Assembly (NCBI GenBank): GCA_964016885.1
Contig: OZ024740.1
Location: 441,936,001 to 442,000,000 of the forward strand
Length of the DNA: 64,000 nt
From: Eledone cirrhosa
Lineage: Eukaryota
Reading direction: 5' to 3'
Notes under the pieces: generated by a model
The model's database searches: none
Seen by the model: only the letters and a program-made list of their open reading frames with translations
Told to the model about the DNA's origin: nothing
Position numbers and translations under genes: made by a program
In this document: positions 13,300 to 26,500 of the stretch, one piece after another
Position numbering within the stretch: position 1 is the first letter of the stretch
Layout of the letters: every line of letters starts with the position of its first letter

Positions 13300-14258
13300 A
13301 GCACACAAATAAACACATATCTTCAGTCTCAATAGAAAATCTGAACTCTGACACCTGAACTCTGACAGCTGGCCATATTCACTGAACCAGAACACTTCTC
13401 CCAATCCCTTTTCCCTTGACCACTATCTCTCCATTGTCATAACATTCACTATAAAGACTACAGAATAGTTTTCCAAATAAGGGCGCAAAAATGTAATGAA
13501 AACTTGTTCACGTGACAGCCAAATTTCATTTACAACCAACCAAAAAAAAGCCTTCGTGAGCCTCATTTTTTCAAGTAAAAAGAAATTCAAACACTCATAT
13601 ATAAAAGAACAACCTGTGACACCCCCCCTCTCTTATTTGAAGAACTATTGTAACGCGAACTGGCGCAAAATTTATTATAATTATTGACAAACCAATCAAA
13701 TTACTTCTCGAAAAACCTGGCTTTCGAGCCACTTTTTCCATATAAAACAAGTAACATTTAGAGACCAACCAGATGTGAGAAAAATCACAGACCCTCCATC
13801 TCAACTCACCTTTTGAAAAGCAGAAGAACTGCGAAACCGGTAAAGGAACCAAATAAATATATATATTTTTTAAAAAAATAAGACTTCAGTTGCATTTTCG
13901 ATTTCATCTCTTTTTCTTTATATATATATATATATATATATGCAAAAGTTATATTTCTTCCTCCCTTTTTTCTTCTTTCTTCTCTCTTTTTCTTTCCTTT
14001 TCTCTTTTTTCTTTTTTCTTTTCTTTTTTTCTTCTCTTTTCTTCTCTCTTTCTCTTTTTCTCTGTTTTTTCTCTCTCTTCTTCCAACAGTATAATTTAAA
14101 TAAACCGTTGTTTTTTCAACTCTTTCTGACATTCATTTGCATACTCACACATAACTTTGAATTACCCTAAATAAAAAAATGTTTCCACTATCCAGAGAAC
14201 CTTCAACCGTCAAGGTTATTTTTCTATGGGTATGTCAACATTTATAAAACAAATTTTG

Positions 14259-14324
14259 TATTTTATCTGATGAAAGCGCACCAAAATTTGCCTTGGTTAC
14301 CCTTGAAATATATATAATAAAATA
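14259..14324 (+). ncRNA. Hammerhead ribozyme in 5' pLTR
   Basis: tattttat-CTGATGA-aagcgcaccaa...ttggttaccctt-GAAA-tatata-TA-ataaaata. Confidence 0.85.
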
Positions 14325-16266
14325 ATTATGGTTTTATAAATATAGTTTCCATTTATTAATATATTGAATATTTACTCCAGTAAGTTGTTGAGTGCTTCAT
14401 ATAAGTTATAAAACTTTTAAGCTTGTTGAATCCCAACAAATTAAATATAACTTTTGCATATATTTACTTCCTCTATTGTTGAGCACTTTAATTTATAACT
14501 GATAATTAAATAATGGAATTCTTTAAGATCTCTTCTTCTTTAAAAGACATACCTTTACCTAGAAATAAGGACTATCTTAAACAACTTATTGAGAAGACTC
14601 AGATGGCGTGCTTTTCATTTCGATAGAAAATCAGATGAAAAACCAAATAAATCCAACTTCGATATGATCTTCAAATCCAAGAAAAATCCACCTAACGACA
14701 AATTATTAATGGAATTTGAAATGAAATTATTTCAATTATACAAAACATTAAATTCAAGAAAAACCAATTTGTTGACCAGGAATACCTTAAAGGCCTTAAG
14801 AATAATATAGAAAATCTTGAAAGAACTGAAAAATTCTTGTTAAATCTGACAAAACCAACAATCTATATGGAATGTAAAAGGACGAGTATAATAATCTTAT
14901 ATTGAAGGAATTAAGGAAAAACTACAAGAGAGCAACCAATGATGACATTGAAAGGCTAAATAGAGAAGCCTCTAATATAATTCAAAAATTAGGCATCGAA
15001 AATAGGACTGAACTCTTTATACCTAGAACACCAAAATTTAATTTGAAAGACCACAAAAGAAACTTTGAAATAGAATTACCAGTTAGACTTATAGCACCAT
15101 CTAAATCAGACCTAGACATAGTTAGTAAACATATATTAGATAGAATCATACCGCAACTTAAAGAAATATCTTACTTAAAATGATAGAATGGGACTAATGA
15201 AGTTATAGATTGGTTTAAGGACATAAAATATAAGCATAACAAAAAATTCATTCAATTGGATATTGCTAATTACTACTCATCTATCACTCCTAATTTACAT
15301 AATAAAGCCCTTATATATGCATCTAAATATACTGATCTATCTAGCGATGAAATGCATATAATTTTAACTGCACGTAAAACCTTAATTAAATTTAACAACC
15401 ATCTTTGGACTAGAGCAGATAGGGATAACAATTTCGATATTACTATGGGATCATCGGACTCGGCGCAATTAACGGATCTTGTGGGGCTTTTTATTAACAA
15501 TGCATTACATAGAAAACTACTGGAGATGACCGGTGGTTTATATCGTGATGATATGCTGTTGCTAATTGAAAATAATAATAATTGTGAAATCAATAGAAAA
15601 AGAAAATCAATAATACAATTTTTTAATAGCTTTAATCTTAAGTTAGAAATAGAGAATAATTATAAAATAGTTAACTTTTTAGATGTAACATTAAACCTTA
15701 ATACTGGGCTATACTATCCATTTCATAAAATCAATGAGAATTTAAATTATGTTAACTTTAACTCCAATCACCCTAGATCTGTTAAGAACACCATCGTAAA
15801 TTCCGTACAGCAACGTATTTCTAGAATCTCAGCGAATAAAAATATATTTGAAGATAAGGCACAATATTATAACAAAGCTTTAAGTAGAGCAGGCTATAGT
15901 AATGAAATTAAATACATCGACAATAATGATACGTCAATTAACCATAATTACAATTATAATTATAATAAGAAACCTAGCACAAACTCTAAAACTAAAAGAA
16001 GAAATAGAACTAGAAACATAATTTGGTATGCTCCCTCTTTCTCACTAAGTATTAAAACACCTTTAGCTAAATTATTTTTTAAAGCTCTTGATAATTGTTT
16101 TCCCAAGGCACATAGATATTATTCAATCTTTAACAGACACACAATTAAACTATCATACTCTTCTACTACTATGAATTTAGCACAGAATATAAATAGAATC
16201 AATAATAGAAATCTAAACCTTAACGAGATTAGCATTAATACATCTAGCAATATCCAATATAATAAT

Positions 16267-16452
16267 TGTTTCTACTTTAGGCTCAAGGCCAGCAATTACC
16301 CAGTGCATTACTGGTACTTTATTTTATCGACCCCATAAGGATGAAAGGCAAAGTCAACCTCGGCGGGATTTGAACTCAGATCGTAAAGGGACGTAACTAT
16401 GCTGGAAAGCATGGCGTCTGACCCTCTACCGATACTGCCAATTCACCGCCCT
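16267..16452 (-). mobile_element. Full-length tRNA-derived SINE inserted in the Penelope ORF
   Basis: Starts agggcggtgaattggcagtatcggtagagggtcagacgccatgc; 17-bp TSD atatccaatataataat at 16250-16266 and 16453-16469. Confidence 0.92.
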
Positions 16453-18353
16453 ATATCCAATATAATAATACTGTTCCAAATAATTTAAATTCTGATAATT
16501 GTAATTGTAGAATTAAATCTAACTGTCCTTTAAAAAATAACTGTTTAGTTAAAAATGTGGTTTATAAATGCATTGTCAAAACCAATGATAATTCTTTAAA
16601 CTATGTTGGCTCTACTTCTACAGACTTCAAATCTCGTTTCAATAACCATAAATGTTCGTTTAGGAATATTGGTAAAAAAATCTTCAACTTCTCTATCCAA
16701 CTTATTATGGAACTTAAAATCCAAGAATATAAACTATTCTTTATTTTGGAATATTTTTTCTTAAGCACCTGCCTACACAAACACAGCTTTATCCAAATTT
16801 TGCAACTTATGTGTTGAAGAAATATTCTTTATACTTAAATGTAAGAACTCCATTAATTTGCGTAATAATTTATTTAGTTCTTGTAAACATCGTTTAAATT
16901 CAACTTTTAAATATATATATAAAATGTAATTACACGTTTAATCTTCCCTACATAATATTTACTCTATCCAAACACCTATAATCTCATTTCTTAAATTATA
17001 TCCATATATGTTCAGTAATTTAATCTAATTCTAATTTTAATATCTTTTACTTAGTAAATATATATAATACACTTCTTAAATCTCTAATTTACTTCTTAAA
17101 ACATTTACTTTCTAATATTTCTACCTCATAAATATATTTTTACCTTTATCTATCTTACTTCCAAAAATATCTCATAATCCTTTCGGAATGATTACTTGAA
17201 ACTGTTAAAAATCTCTTTAAAATTTTTTGAAAATTTTAAAAGCTTTTAAAAATTTTTTAAATATTTAAAAAAAATTATATAAAAAAATTATTCTTTTTGG
17301 TCAACTAATATTTTAATATTTTTTTTATTTTATATTTTCCAATATTTAAACACTTTTAAATATTTTTATATTTTAAGTGTTTAAGTATTTTCAAATATTT
17401 CTGAATACTTCCTTATATTTTGAATAATTTTAGATGTTAATTATAATTTATGATTAGTTTATAAGCTTTTTAAAAGATTTTGTGTATCTTTGGAGTCTTT
17501 TTTAGATTTCTAAAAAATCTCTTAAAACTTCTTTATAGTTTTTTATAATCTTAATTCTTATAGTCTGAAATTTTAAATGTTTTAGTATATACTTCTAATT
17601 AAGTATTTAATCTTTTGTAAACTCTCGTAATTTGTAATTTTTATAAGTATTTAAGATTTGACTTACAACAGATAATAAATTCTAGCTAAATATATTTTTG
17701 TCAAACTTATCCCATAATAACTAATAAATAAACAAAACTGGATTCTCAATATTTTCCCAATGTAAAACTATCATCTATAAGATGACACACCCATCTATAT
17801 CCATATATATATTCTTATTAATATATTTTAATATATTTTAAACACATCTTTATTGTAATATATTTTTAATTTAACATTATTTTTATTTTTAATTTAACAT
17901 TTTTAATTTATCAAAATTTTTAATTTATTAAAATTTTTAATTTATCATTATTTTTAATATAAATATAGCATAAAAGAACGATATAGTTATGATTTACATA
18001 CTCACCCCTTGTTAAGCTTATTTCTTCACTCGTTCTTCCTTAACTTTTTTCACTATAATTTTTCTCTCTTTCTTTCTCCCTTTTTTCTTCTCTCTTTTCT
18101 TTCTCTTTTCTCTTTTTTCTTTTTTCTTCTCTTTTCTTCTCTCTTTCTCTTTTTCTCTGTTTTTCTCTCTCTTCTTCCAACAATATAATTTAAATAAACC
18201 GTTGTTTTTTCAACTCTTTCTGACATTCATTTGCATACTCACACATAACTTTGAATTAGCCTAAATAAAAAAAAATGTTCCACTATCCAGAGAAACTTCA
18301 ACCGTCAAGGTTGTTTTTCTACGGGTATGTCAACATTTATAAAACAAATTTTG

Positions 18354-18419
18354 TATTTTATCTGATGAAAGCGCACCAAAATTTGCCTTGGTTGCCCTTG
18401 AAATATGTATAATAAAATA
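18354..18419 (+). ncRNA. Hammerhead ribozyme in 3' pLTR
   Basis: Same fold as 14259-14324, with ttggttgccctt in stem II and tatgta in stem III. Confidence 0.85.
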
Positions 18420-18459
18420 ATTATGGTTTTATAAATATAGTTTCCATTTATTAATATAT

Positions 18460-18514
<55 letters not shown>

Positions 18515-18519
<5 letters not shown>

Positions 18520-18627
18520 AGTAAGTAAGACCCCGACGGCTGAGCTCAAGCCGTTTCGACGGCTAATTCTGAGAATTAGCCGTCGAAACGGCTTGAGCTC
18601 AGCCGTCGGGGTCTTACTTACTCCTAT
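18515..18627. repeat. Perfect palindrome, 56-bp arms, 1-nt centre at 18571
   Basis: ataggagtaagtaagaccccgacggc...aattct g agaatt...gccgtcggggtcttacttactcctat. Confidence 0.95.
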
Positions 18628-18703
18628 TACCCACTCTACTACCCTAAGTATTGAGTACTTTGGTGCGTTATGGTCCACCTGGTTCCTTACCACTTTTCCC
18701 TCG

Positions 18704-18761
<58 letters not shown>

Positions 18762-18764
<3 letters not shown>

Positions 18765-21160
18765 AGGAGGTTATAGTTCACTTGAAGCATTGTGTAATGA
18801 GGTATAAACGTTTGAATATGTATAATAAAGCCAAAACAATGCAGGTATGGACATAGAAAAAAGAATGCAATTGCAAAAGATATTGTTGACAATTCGTCTT
18901 TTACCTTAGATTTATTTTAAACGTCCTTAATTTTCGAGATAATATCTCTTCTTCAGAGGGAAATAAAGGTCTCAAACCAGCGTTCTAAATATCTTGCCAA
19001 GCCATGCTGACAGGAAATAGTATAGAGTATCTGTTCTATCTCTAATGTCAAAGAGTTAAAATTAGGTGGATAAAGAGTAGTCTCCCTTTAAAAGGGGTTT
19101 GTTAGGGGTTTTTTTTTATATACATGCCTGTTTAAGTGTGTGGGAGAATGCATGAAGGTGTAAGTATGTGAGTGTGTGTGTGTGAGTGTGAGAAGATAAG
19201 TCTATTCGTAAATGTGGGGGATAGGTGTTATCTGGTGTTAGAACTGGTTTTGTGTGTGTATATGTGAGAGAGAATAAGTGGAGGTGTAAGCGTGTGTGTG
19301 TGTGTATGGGGTGTGTAAATATGGGGCTAGAAGCCCTATCAGGTTATAAATTGGGTGTTGAGTTCTAGTCTATTATTGATTGGTGGTTGTGTTTTATCTA
19401 TAATTAGTGCTTCCTTAATTCTAAGATTGCCGAGGTTTCTTTCCTTAGTTTCTATCCTAACTGTTATGGTTTTGTCGGTGTTTTTGCATTTAATTAGGTG
19501 TTTCTTAAATGAGGAAGGGTTAGTATTGAGGTGTTCTTTTATTCTTATGTGGAGTGGTCTGGTGGTGCTACCTACGTAGAAGTTGTTGCATTTGTCACAC
19601 TCTAGTCTGTATACGACGTAAGCCTGGTGGCATAGGTCTGTGTCGTTGATGGGGCAGTTGGCTAGTCTGCAGCAGTTGTCGTGTCTGGTGGAGTGTCTTT
19701 TGGCTAGCTGTCCGCGCAGAGAAGGACCTGAGTGGGCCAGTTGGATATCTAGTCCTTCTCGTCTGATGGCTCTGCGGATGGCTGTTGTTGTTTCTTCACT
19801 GAAGTGTGGGAGCTTCAGGAAGCAAGTGTTAGTGCCTCGGGTGTGGTGTCCTCTGTTCTTTCTGGCACGGTTTGTGGTGGATGTCGTGTATCCGTTCAGT
19901 TTGAGTACTTCCAGGAAATGTGTGGTGTGTGTGTCTCGGTCTCTAGCGTCGGTGCATTTGTTCCGGATACGTGCCAGTTCGTTCCTTATGTATCCGAACT
20001 TGGCACCGAGTGGGAGGGCCGATCTGAAATGTACGAACAGGTCCCTGCTGGCGGCTTTTTTATAGAAGCAGGTGTGGACGTTGCCATCCTCTGTTACCCT
20101 GAGTTGGAAGTCCAGTAGGGATAGGGATCCACGGTCATCGGGGTGTTCCATGCTGAACTTTATACTGGCGTCCATGCTGGAGAATGTTGTGTATATTTTA
20201 TCTGCCTCCTCACGGGATGATGTGAGGATGAGTATGTCATCTACATATCGGGTGAAGAAGACATGGGAATGGCAGGTGTTGAGGGCTCGGCATTCTAGCT
20301 GGTTCATGTAGGTGATGGCCAGCAGGCCCGATAGGCTGGATCCCATGGGTAATCCTGTTGTCTGCCTGTATGTGTGGTGGTGGAAGGTGAAGTACGTGTT
20401 GTCTACTGTGAAGGACAAAAGCTGGTGTATGTCTGTCGGTTGGAGGCCGTAGCAGTAGATGTCCTCTGCGACCACGCAGTCCGTCAATAAATCGACAGCT
20501 GGATGAGCGGGGACTGTAGTGTAGAGTGAGACAACGTCGAGGCTAAAAGCGTATTTATTTAGTTTAAGTTGTTCTGGCTGGAGTTGGTGTAATCTACGTA
20601 TAACTTCGTCGGAGCTACTGACATGCCCGGGAAAGGTAGAGAATAGAGGCTTGAGGATCTGGGAGAGGAGCCCGGAAATTTTGTATAGGGGTCCTTCTAT
20701 GCTAGAGACGATGGGTCTTATTTGCGTCTTAGTGCTATTCTTGTGGGTCTTGATGAGGTGGTAGAAAGTGGGCAGTCTGCTATTTCTAGTGGTGTAGTTG
20801 AGCTTAACTTTATTTGGGAGTTCTCTTCTCCTACAGATATCGAACCAAATGGAGTTAGTCTGTTTTTCGATCTGGGCTGCAGTCATGTCCGGGATCTCTG
20901 TGTATAATTCATTGTCGCTTAGGTGTTCAAAGGCTAGGTTATTGTATGTGGCTTGAGAGATGACGCAAAACTCTTTACCTTTGTCGGATGGTAAGTATAT
21001 AAGTTCCCTATTCCGTAGGTTCTTCAGGGCGAGTTGTTGTGTCCTGGAGAGGTTTGGGGCTATCTTCTTCTGTTTCCGTAAGATGTTAAATACGGAATGT
21101 TTTAGTCTCGAGAACATATTACTAAGGGTTTTGTATGGTCGTGCGCGGGAGGAGACCCCT
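18762..21160 (-). mobile_element. 5'-truncated Penelope-like element with uninterrupted RT + GIY-YIG ORF (19339-21117)
   Basis: SDKG, IKTHK, RPIVS, SLDVVSLYT, GLPMGSSLS, RYVDD, LLDF, VVYRLECDKC..FYVGST.RPLHIRIKEH; no stop in 592 codons. Confidence 0.93.
18924..18960 (-). ncRNA. Minimal hammerhead ribozyme in 3' end of minus-strand Penelope
   Basis: cct-CTGAAGA-a-gagata t tatctc-GAAA-at-TA-agg; very short stems I and III. Confidence 0.6.
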
Positions 21161-21285
21161 GAAGAGAGATGACACTATCAATTACCGTAATAAATGAAAC
21201 CACCCCTAAAATTCCCTTCATTGTGTTCAGTTATGATGGGTCAACCTTATATAGGCAGTAAAAGTCCGACGGTGTCAAACGTCTC

Positions 21286-21550
21286 TAATTGTTTCTACTT
21301 TTGGCACAAGGCCAGCAATTAACCAGTGTATTACTGGTACTTTATTGTATAGACCCCGTAAGGATGAAAGGCAAAGTTAACCTCTGCGGGATTTGAACTC
21401 AGAATAGCAAGGAATGGAGTTTTAAAAGGTGTTAAAATGTTGGACAAAACTGCGGTATTTACTCTGGCTCTCTTTGCAGTAAGTTCAAATCCCGTTGAAG
21501 ACAACCTTGTATTTCATCCTTTCGGGGTCGATACATTAAAGTACCATTCT
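21286..21550. mobile_element. Two SINE fragments in divergent orientation
   Basis: SINE core on minus strand 21286-21405; degenerate plus-strand copy about 21430-21550. Confidence 0.7.
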
Positions 21551-21579
21551 ATGATAGGGGATTGGCAGAATTATAAAAG

Positions 21580-22170
21580 CTTCTTCTTCTTCACCCATTT
21601 ATTCCTGAGAGGGTTGTAGGGACAGAGTCCTCAAACACTCCTTCCAGTAGGTCCTGTCAGAAGCAACCGTCTCCAATTGATCCGGCTGGATCTCCAAGCG
21701 AGACCACCCAACCTCATGAATGTTATCCAACCATCTTGCTTGGGGTCTACTCCTGGGTCTCCTGCCGGTTGGTTTGGCCCATAACATCTGTCCAGTGATT
21801 CTTTCCTGAGACATTCTAACCACATGTCCATAGTACCAGAGCTGTTATCTCTTAATTCAGAGAAGTAGTGGCTCTACCTGTACTGACTCTCAGATCTCCA
21901 AGGTACCCACTCTATCAAGTAATGTTACTCCAAATACCCTTCGGATGAAGCCCTTTAAGGCCGCTTGTATTCACGATCGTATTCTTTCGGTCATTAACTA
22001 AGATACATGACCATAGGTAAAGGTTGGCACAAATACTGAATTGAAGATAGCTAATTTGGTTGTTATGCCTATCTTCCATCTGATTACTGAATGCTGAAGC
22101 TGGTGCATTACTGCACCAACTCCTGCAATTCTTGCACTTAATTCAGCCTGCTGGTTTCTATCAATCGTGA
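21580..22170 (-). mobile_element. RTE-like LINE 3' fragment
   Basis: [31 protein letters not shown]...GRRPRSRPQARWLDNI; (AAG)n tail. Confidence 0.8.
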
Positions 22171-22629
22171 ACCCTGCACGAGATATTTGAACTTCTCTAT
22201 CTGTTCGCACTGACCGCCGGACAAAAGTCCACGAGATATCTTTTTTCATTCTGAGGTCAAATTCTAGGTCAATTTTGTTTTAGATTTCGGTGTCAATAAA
22301 ATAATTTACCAGTCGAGGGTGATAAACTAACGCAATTCCTAGAATGTCAGAGGAAATGCCTTACACAATCTGTTCCGCCTCTTTCCACAGGGAGTTTAAA
22401 GCCTCGTGTGGGCTTCATGCATACTTCGCCCAGACTAACGCCACCATCTGGTCCTTGAATGTTTTTAGTAAACTCCAATATCTTCTATGTTTCCAGCCCA
22501 GATCTCCAGTTTGAAGATACTTTCTATCTTCCCTCCTTCCCTACTCACCAATGACGGGGACACTGAAATACCATGGGCACTGTCCTTATCCCTCTTAATG
22601 AAACATTTTCAACTGGCAGTTTACACCTC

Positions 22630-23018
22630 TAAGCCGCGGAGTGGGGAGACCCAAGAAGACCTGGGATGAGGTGATAAAAGCCGATCTTACCCAATTGCAC
22701 CTCTCAAGGGCGATGACACACGACCGTGGCCCCTGGCGTCACGCAGTAATTTAGAAGACCCGACTTCCCACGGGAACAAGCCGAAACTGTAGCATATAGA
22801 CAATATGCCCCCACAGCCTCCCACTGCAAAATGGTCGTGGAGGTGCCACGGCAAAAAAGTACCCAGCCCACACTGTAAAGTGGTCATGTAGGCGCCACGG
22901 AAAAAAGCACCCAGCACTCACTGTAAATGAGGTTGGTGTTAGGAACGGCATCCAGCTGTAGAAATCAAGCCAGAATCTGTCTAACCCATGCTAGCGTGAG
23001 AGAACGGACGTAAAACGG

Positions 23019-23052
<34 letters not shown>
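22630..23052 (+). mobile_element. LINE/SINE 3' fragments with (GAT)n tail
   Basis: GRPKKTWDEVIKADL remnant; acccatgctagcgtg...ggacgtaaaacggtgatgatg end shared with 35580-35628 and 62200-62265. Confidence 0.6.
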
Positions 23053-23054
<2 letters not shown>

Positions 23055-23234
23055 CTCCATTCGAAAGAAGGAGAACTTTTAGTTGTAGGACAGATAACAT
23101 ATTAGGCGATCTTGTCAGTCCTTCTTATACCAAAACATTTTAGAGAGATCTTAAAGCCACACAATCTACAGAACTACAAATATACACTGACAACAACAAC
23201 AAATAGCAGGAGTATAATTATGTAAAATGTATTT

Positions 23235-23240
23235 TTTATT
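23235..23240 (-). terminator. Putative polyadenylation signal of the TEP gene
   Basis: AATAAA about 210 nt after the TAG, just past the 59-bp repeats. Confidence 0.55.
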
Positions 23241-23254
23241 ATTTAATATACAAT

Positions 23255-23491
23255 TGTATTCCAGGTAGAAGTACTATTGAGTGTTGGCAGCAGAACAGTC
23301 AACTTGGTATTGCTGTATTCCAGGTAGCAGTACTATTCAGTGTTGGCAGCAGAACAGTCAACTTGGTATTGCTGTATTCCAGGTAGAAGTACTATTCAGT
23401 GTTGGCAGCAGAACAGTCAACTTGGTATTGCTGTATTCCAGGTAGAAGTACTATTGAGTGTTGGCAGCAGAACAGTCAACTTGGTATTGCT
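23255..23491. repeat. 59-bp tandem repeat x4 overlapping TEP C-terminus, stop codon and 3'UTR
   Basis: Unit ccaggtagaagtactattgagtgttggcagcagaacagtcaacttggtattgctgtatt starting at 23261, 23320, 23379, 23438. Confidence 0.95.
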
Positions 23492-23506
23492 TGACTGTAA
23501 TGGCGT
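23451..23506 (-). CDS. TEP terminal coding exon
   Basis: Polypyrimidine ctctctctttccag acceptor, phase matches, [21 protein letters not shown]; AATAAA at 23235-23240 downstream. Confidence 0.8.
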
Positions 23507-26500
23507 CTGGAAAGAGAGAGAAAGGAATATTTGAACAAGACTGATAATGAAAGAGAGATAGGGAAGAAGGAGAGGGGGAGAGCGGGGAGAGAAGGAGAGA
23601 GAGGGGTGAGAGATGGGGAGAGAGGGTGGGAGAAGAGGAGAGATGGAGAAAAGAGAGACCATTTTTAGAAGTGTGTCCTCCATATTTACCTGAACCATAA
23701 TAAGATTGTGTTTTGACAGCTAGAGGTACTTTAAGATTCTCAACTTCATGTAATTTTTCAGCTTCAAACGAAAGACAGTATTCCTCTTGAGTCAACTAGA
23801 AAATAAAGGAGAAAATACATTGGAAATATTACTTGGAACCGGTAATATTGACTATATAACCACTCTATCACGGTAATATTGACTATATAACCACTCTATC
23901 ACGGTACTATTGACTATATAACCACTCTATCACGATACTGTTGACTGTACAACCACTCTATCACGAGACTATTGACTGTACAGCCACTCTATCACGGTAC
24001 TATTGACTATATAACCACTCTATCACGGTAATATTGACTGTACAGCCACTCTATCACGGGACTAATGACTGTACAACCGCTCTATCACGGTACTATTGAC
24101 TATATAACCACTCTATCACGGCACTAATGACTATATAACCACTCTATCACGGTACTATTGACTATATAACCACTCTATCACGGTATTATTGACTGTACAA
24201 CCATTCTATCACGGTACTATTGACTATAAAACCACTCTATCACGGTATTATTGACTGTACAACCAATCTATCACGGGACTATTGACTGTACAACCGCTCT
24301 ATTACAAATATACACTATTCGTAATAGAGCAGGGAGATCTCCCAGCGACGGGGAGATCTCCCACCCACTATCTTCTCTTGTGAAAATAGCTATTGCTTTC
24401 ATTATGTAAAATCTCCCCATTTTGCCTCATGTCTCCCCGATTGGGTTTTAGAGGTTGGTAGGTCTGTTGTTAACACTCTCAGAATGGTCGGCACATGTTA
24501 AACTTTTTTCTTATTGAGTGAGTAATCAGAACAACCGAACGATGGTAAATAGTACTATGATCTTGGTAACTGAAATACAAATAATTGTTTCTACTTTTGG
24601 CACAAGGCCAGCAATTATCTCAGTACATTACTGGTACTTTATTTTATCGACTCCGTAAGGATGAAAGGCAAAGTTAACGTCGGTGGTATTTGAACTCAGA
24701 CCACTGAAATACAAATAATCCATGGTAAATATTGCCATCTTCGTGCTCAGCTTATCTGTATTTATGTTTTGTTATAGGTTGTATTCAACTTTAAATTGAG
24801 ATATTCGTCAAAAGAATATGTTCAGCAATAATGGTGAACGATACATAGAGCAATCGATTTTTGTAATACGAGTTTGGAATCGGACAGTCCTGTCCACTGG
24901 ATGCTGTGTTTGGCGTTGGTTTTGTTTTCCAAGTGTATTGTTGACATACAGAACATTCGATGATTGCTTGCCTTTGTACTATATATGTATATGGTGTATA
25001 TATATGTATATGGTGTATATATGTGTGTAGTGTAAGTGTATATATGTGTAGTGTAAGTGTATATATGTGTAGTGTAAGTGTATATATGGGTTGTGTAAGT
25101 GTATATGTGTTGTGTAAGTGTATATATGTGTTGTGTAAGTGTATATATGTGTTGTGTAAGTATATATATGTGTAGTGTAAGTGTATATATGTGTAGTGTA
25201 AGTGTGTGTATATTTAGGGTAGTTATCGAAGGTGAAAAGACTGGTTGAAGCAATAACGGTCTTAAGTATATAATGTTCTGATAATTATAAAACCTCACTA
25301 CTGTTTCTGTTGGCGACATTTCACTAATTTCCCTAGAGTAAAGAATGGTCGGTATACCTCTGAGGTTTCTAGCCAATTGTCTTCTTCAAAGTTAATTTAC
25401 CTTAAATTGTTTGATGAAGAACACATCTAGCACTTACTTTGTCAAAATACACGTTAAATCCAGATTCCTCTTCTTCAATACGTTTCACAATTGATGAAGA
25501 TTTAAGTTTTGAAGTGTCGATACTGTAACCAGAAGGTAACTGAGCTTCCGTTAACATCATTCCTGATGTTTCGTTTAACAACCAACTAGAAATGGAGAGA
25601 AATCAAAGATGGCTATCTGTGATTATTGGACGAACAACATGTTTTAAATTAATTTATCTAAAATATATATTTTAATCTCAACTGAGAGGAATGATTCTAA
25701 ATATATAGTCTCGGGAAACGATATGGTTTACACCGTTACCTAAACACAGAAATACCATTATTAACATATTTATTTTGTAGGTTATCGAACAGAAAGAGAA
25801 TTCTTAAAACATTACTAAGAACTATTTCATCGATGTATGTATAGATCCAGAATTTCTGTTTAGGTCGTAAGGTCTTGGAAGTAACATAAAACGTTGCTTC
25901 GATAGTTTAAACCTGGTTAAGCCCATCCGCTCTCTAGGCTTGGACTGGATCTTGTAATTCCTGATGTAGCCATAGGGGTGTCGTAGTAACATACAGAGTT
26001 TCTTGGGTATTTTAAACCTGGTGAAGCCCATCCGCTCTCTAGCCTGGGCGCAGATGATTTCTTCAGGAGAAGGAGAGAGAATGAGAGGGGGGGGAGATAT
26101 AGCAAAGGAATCTATCCCAGTACTGAAATAGTATCTTTTTATCGACCTCAAAAAGATGAAAGGCAAAGTTGAATTTAGCGAGAATTTAAAGTGAGAGAGT
26201 GTAGAATTATAAATGTTACTTACGAGTTACATATACGTAAGATGAATGTATTGTCATTTACACATTCAGTCTCAATCTTAGACTCAATAGAAGCTTCCTT
26301 TTCTTCTTTGAAAACATTATATTGCCATGCGAGCTGTAAAAGAAATCATAGCAATATTAAATTTAGCCAAATTAGTCCCCATGTCTGAAGATGGTCAAGT
26401 AAATAGTTTACTAATATTTAAAGAAATATACATAATTTAATAATTAACTACATTAATGAATGAATATAAAATAATTAGGAAAACACTACAGATATTTAAA

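Larger units (their letters stand above)
14000..18460 (+). mobile_element. Penelope-like element with pseudo-LTR direct repeats; ORF disrupted
   Basis: ORF about 14513-16929 (SSSLKDIP, DKTNNLY, LKDHK, RLIAPSKS, MGSSDSA, YRDD, NFLDVTL, GIY-YIG VVYKC...YVGST...RFNNH); direct repeats about 14000-14365 and 18095-18460, 4095 bp apart. Confidence 0.92.
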
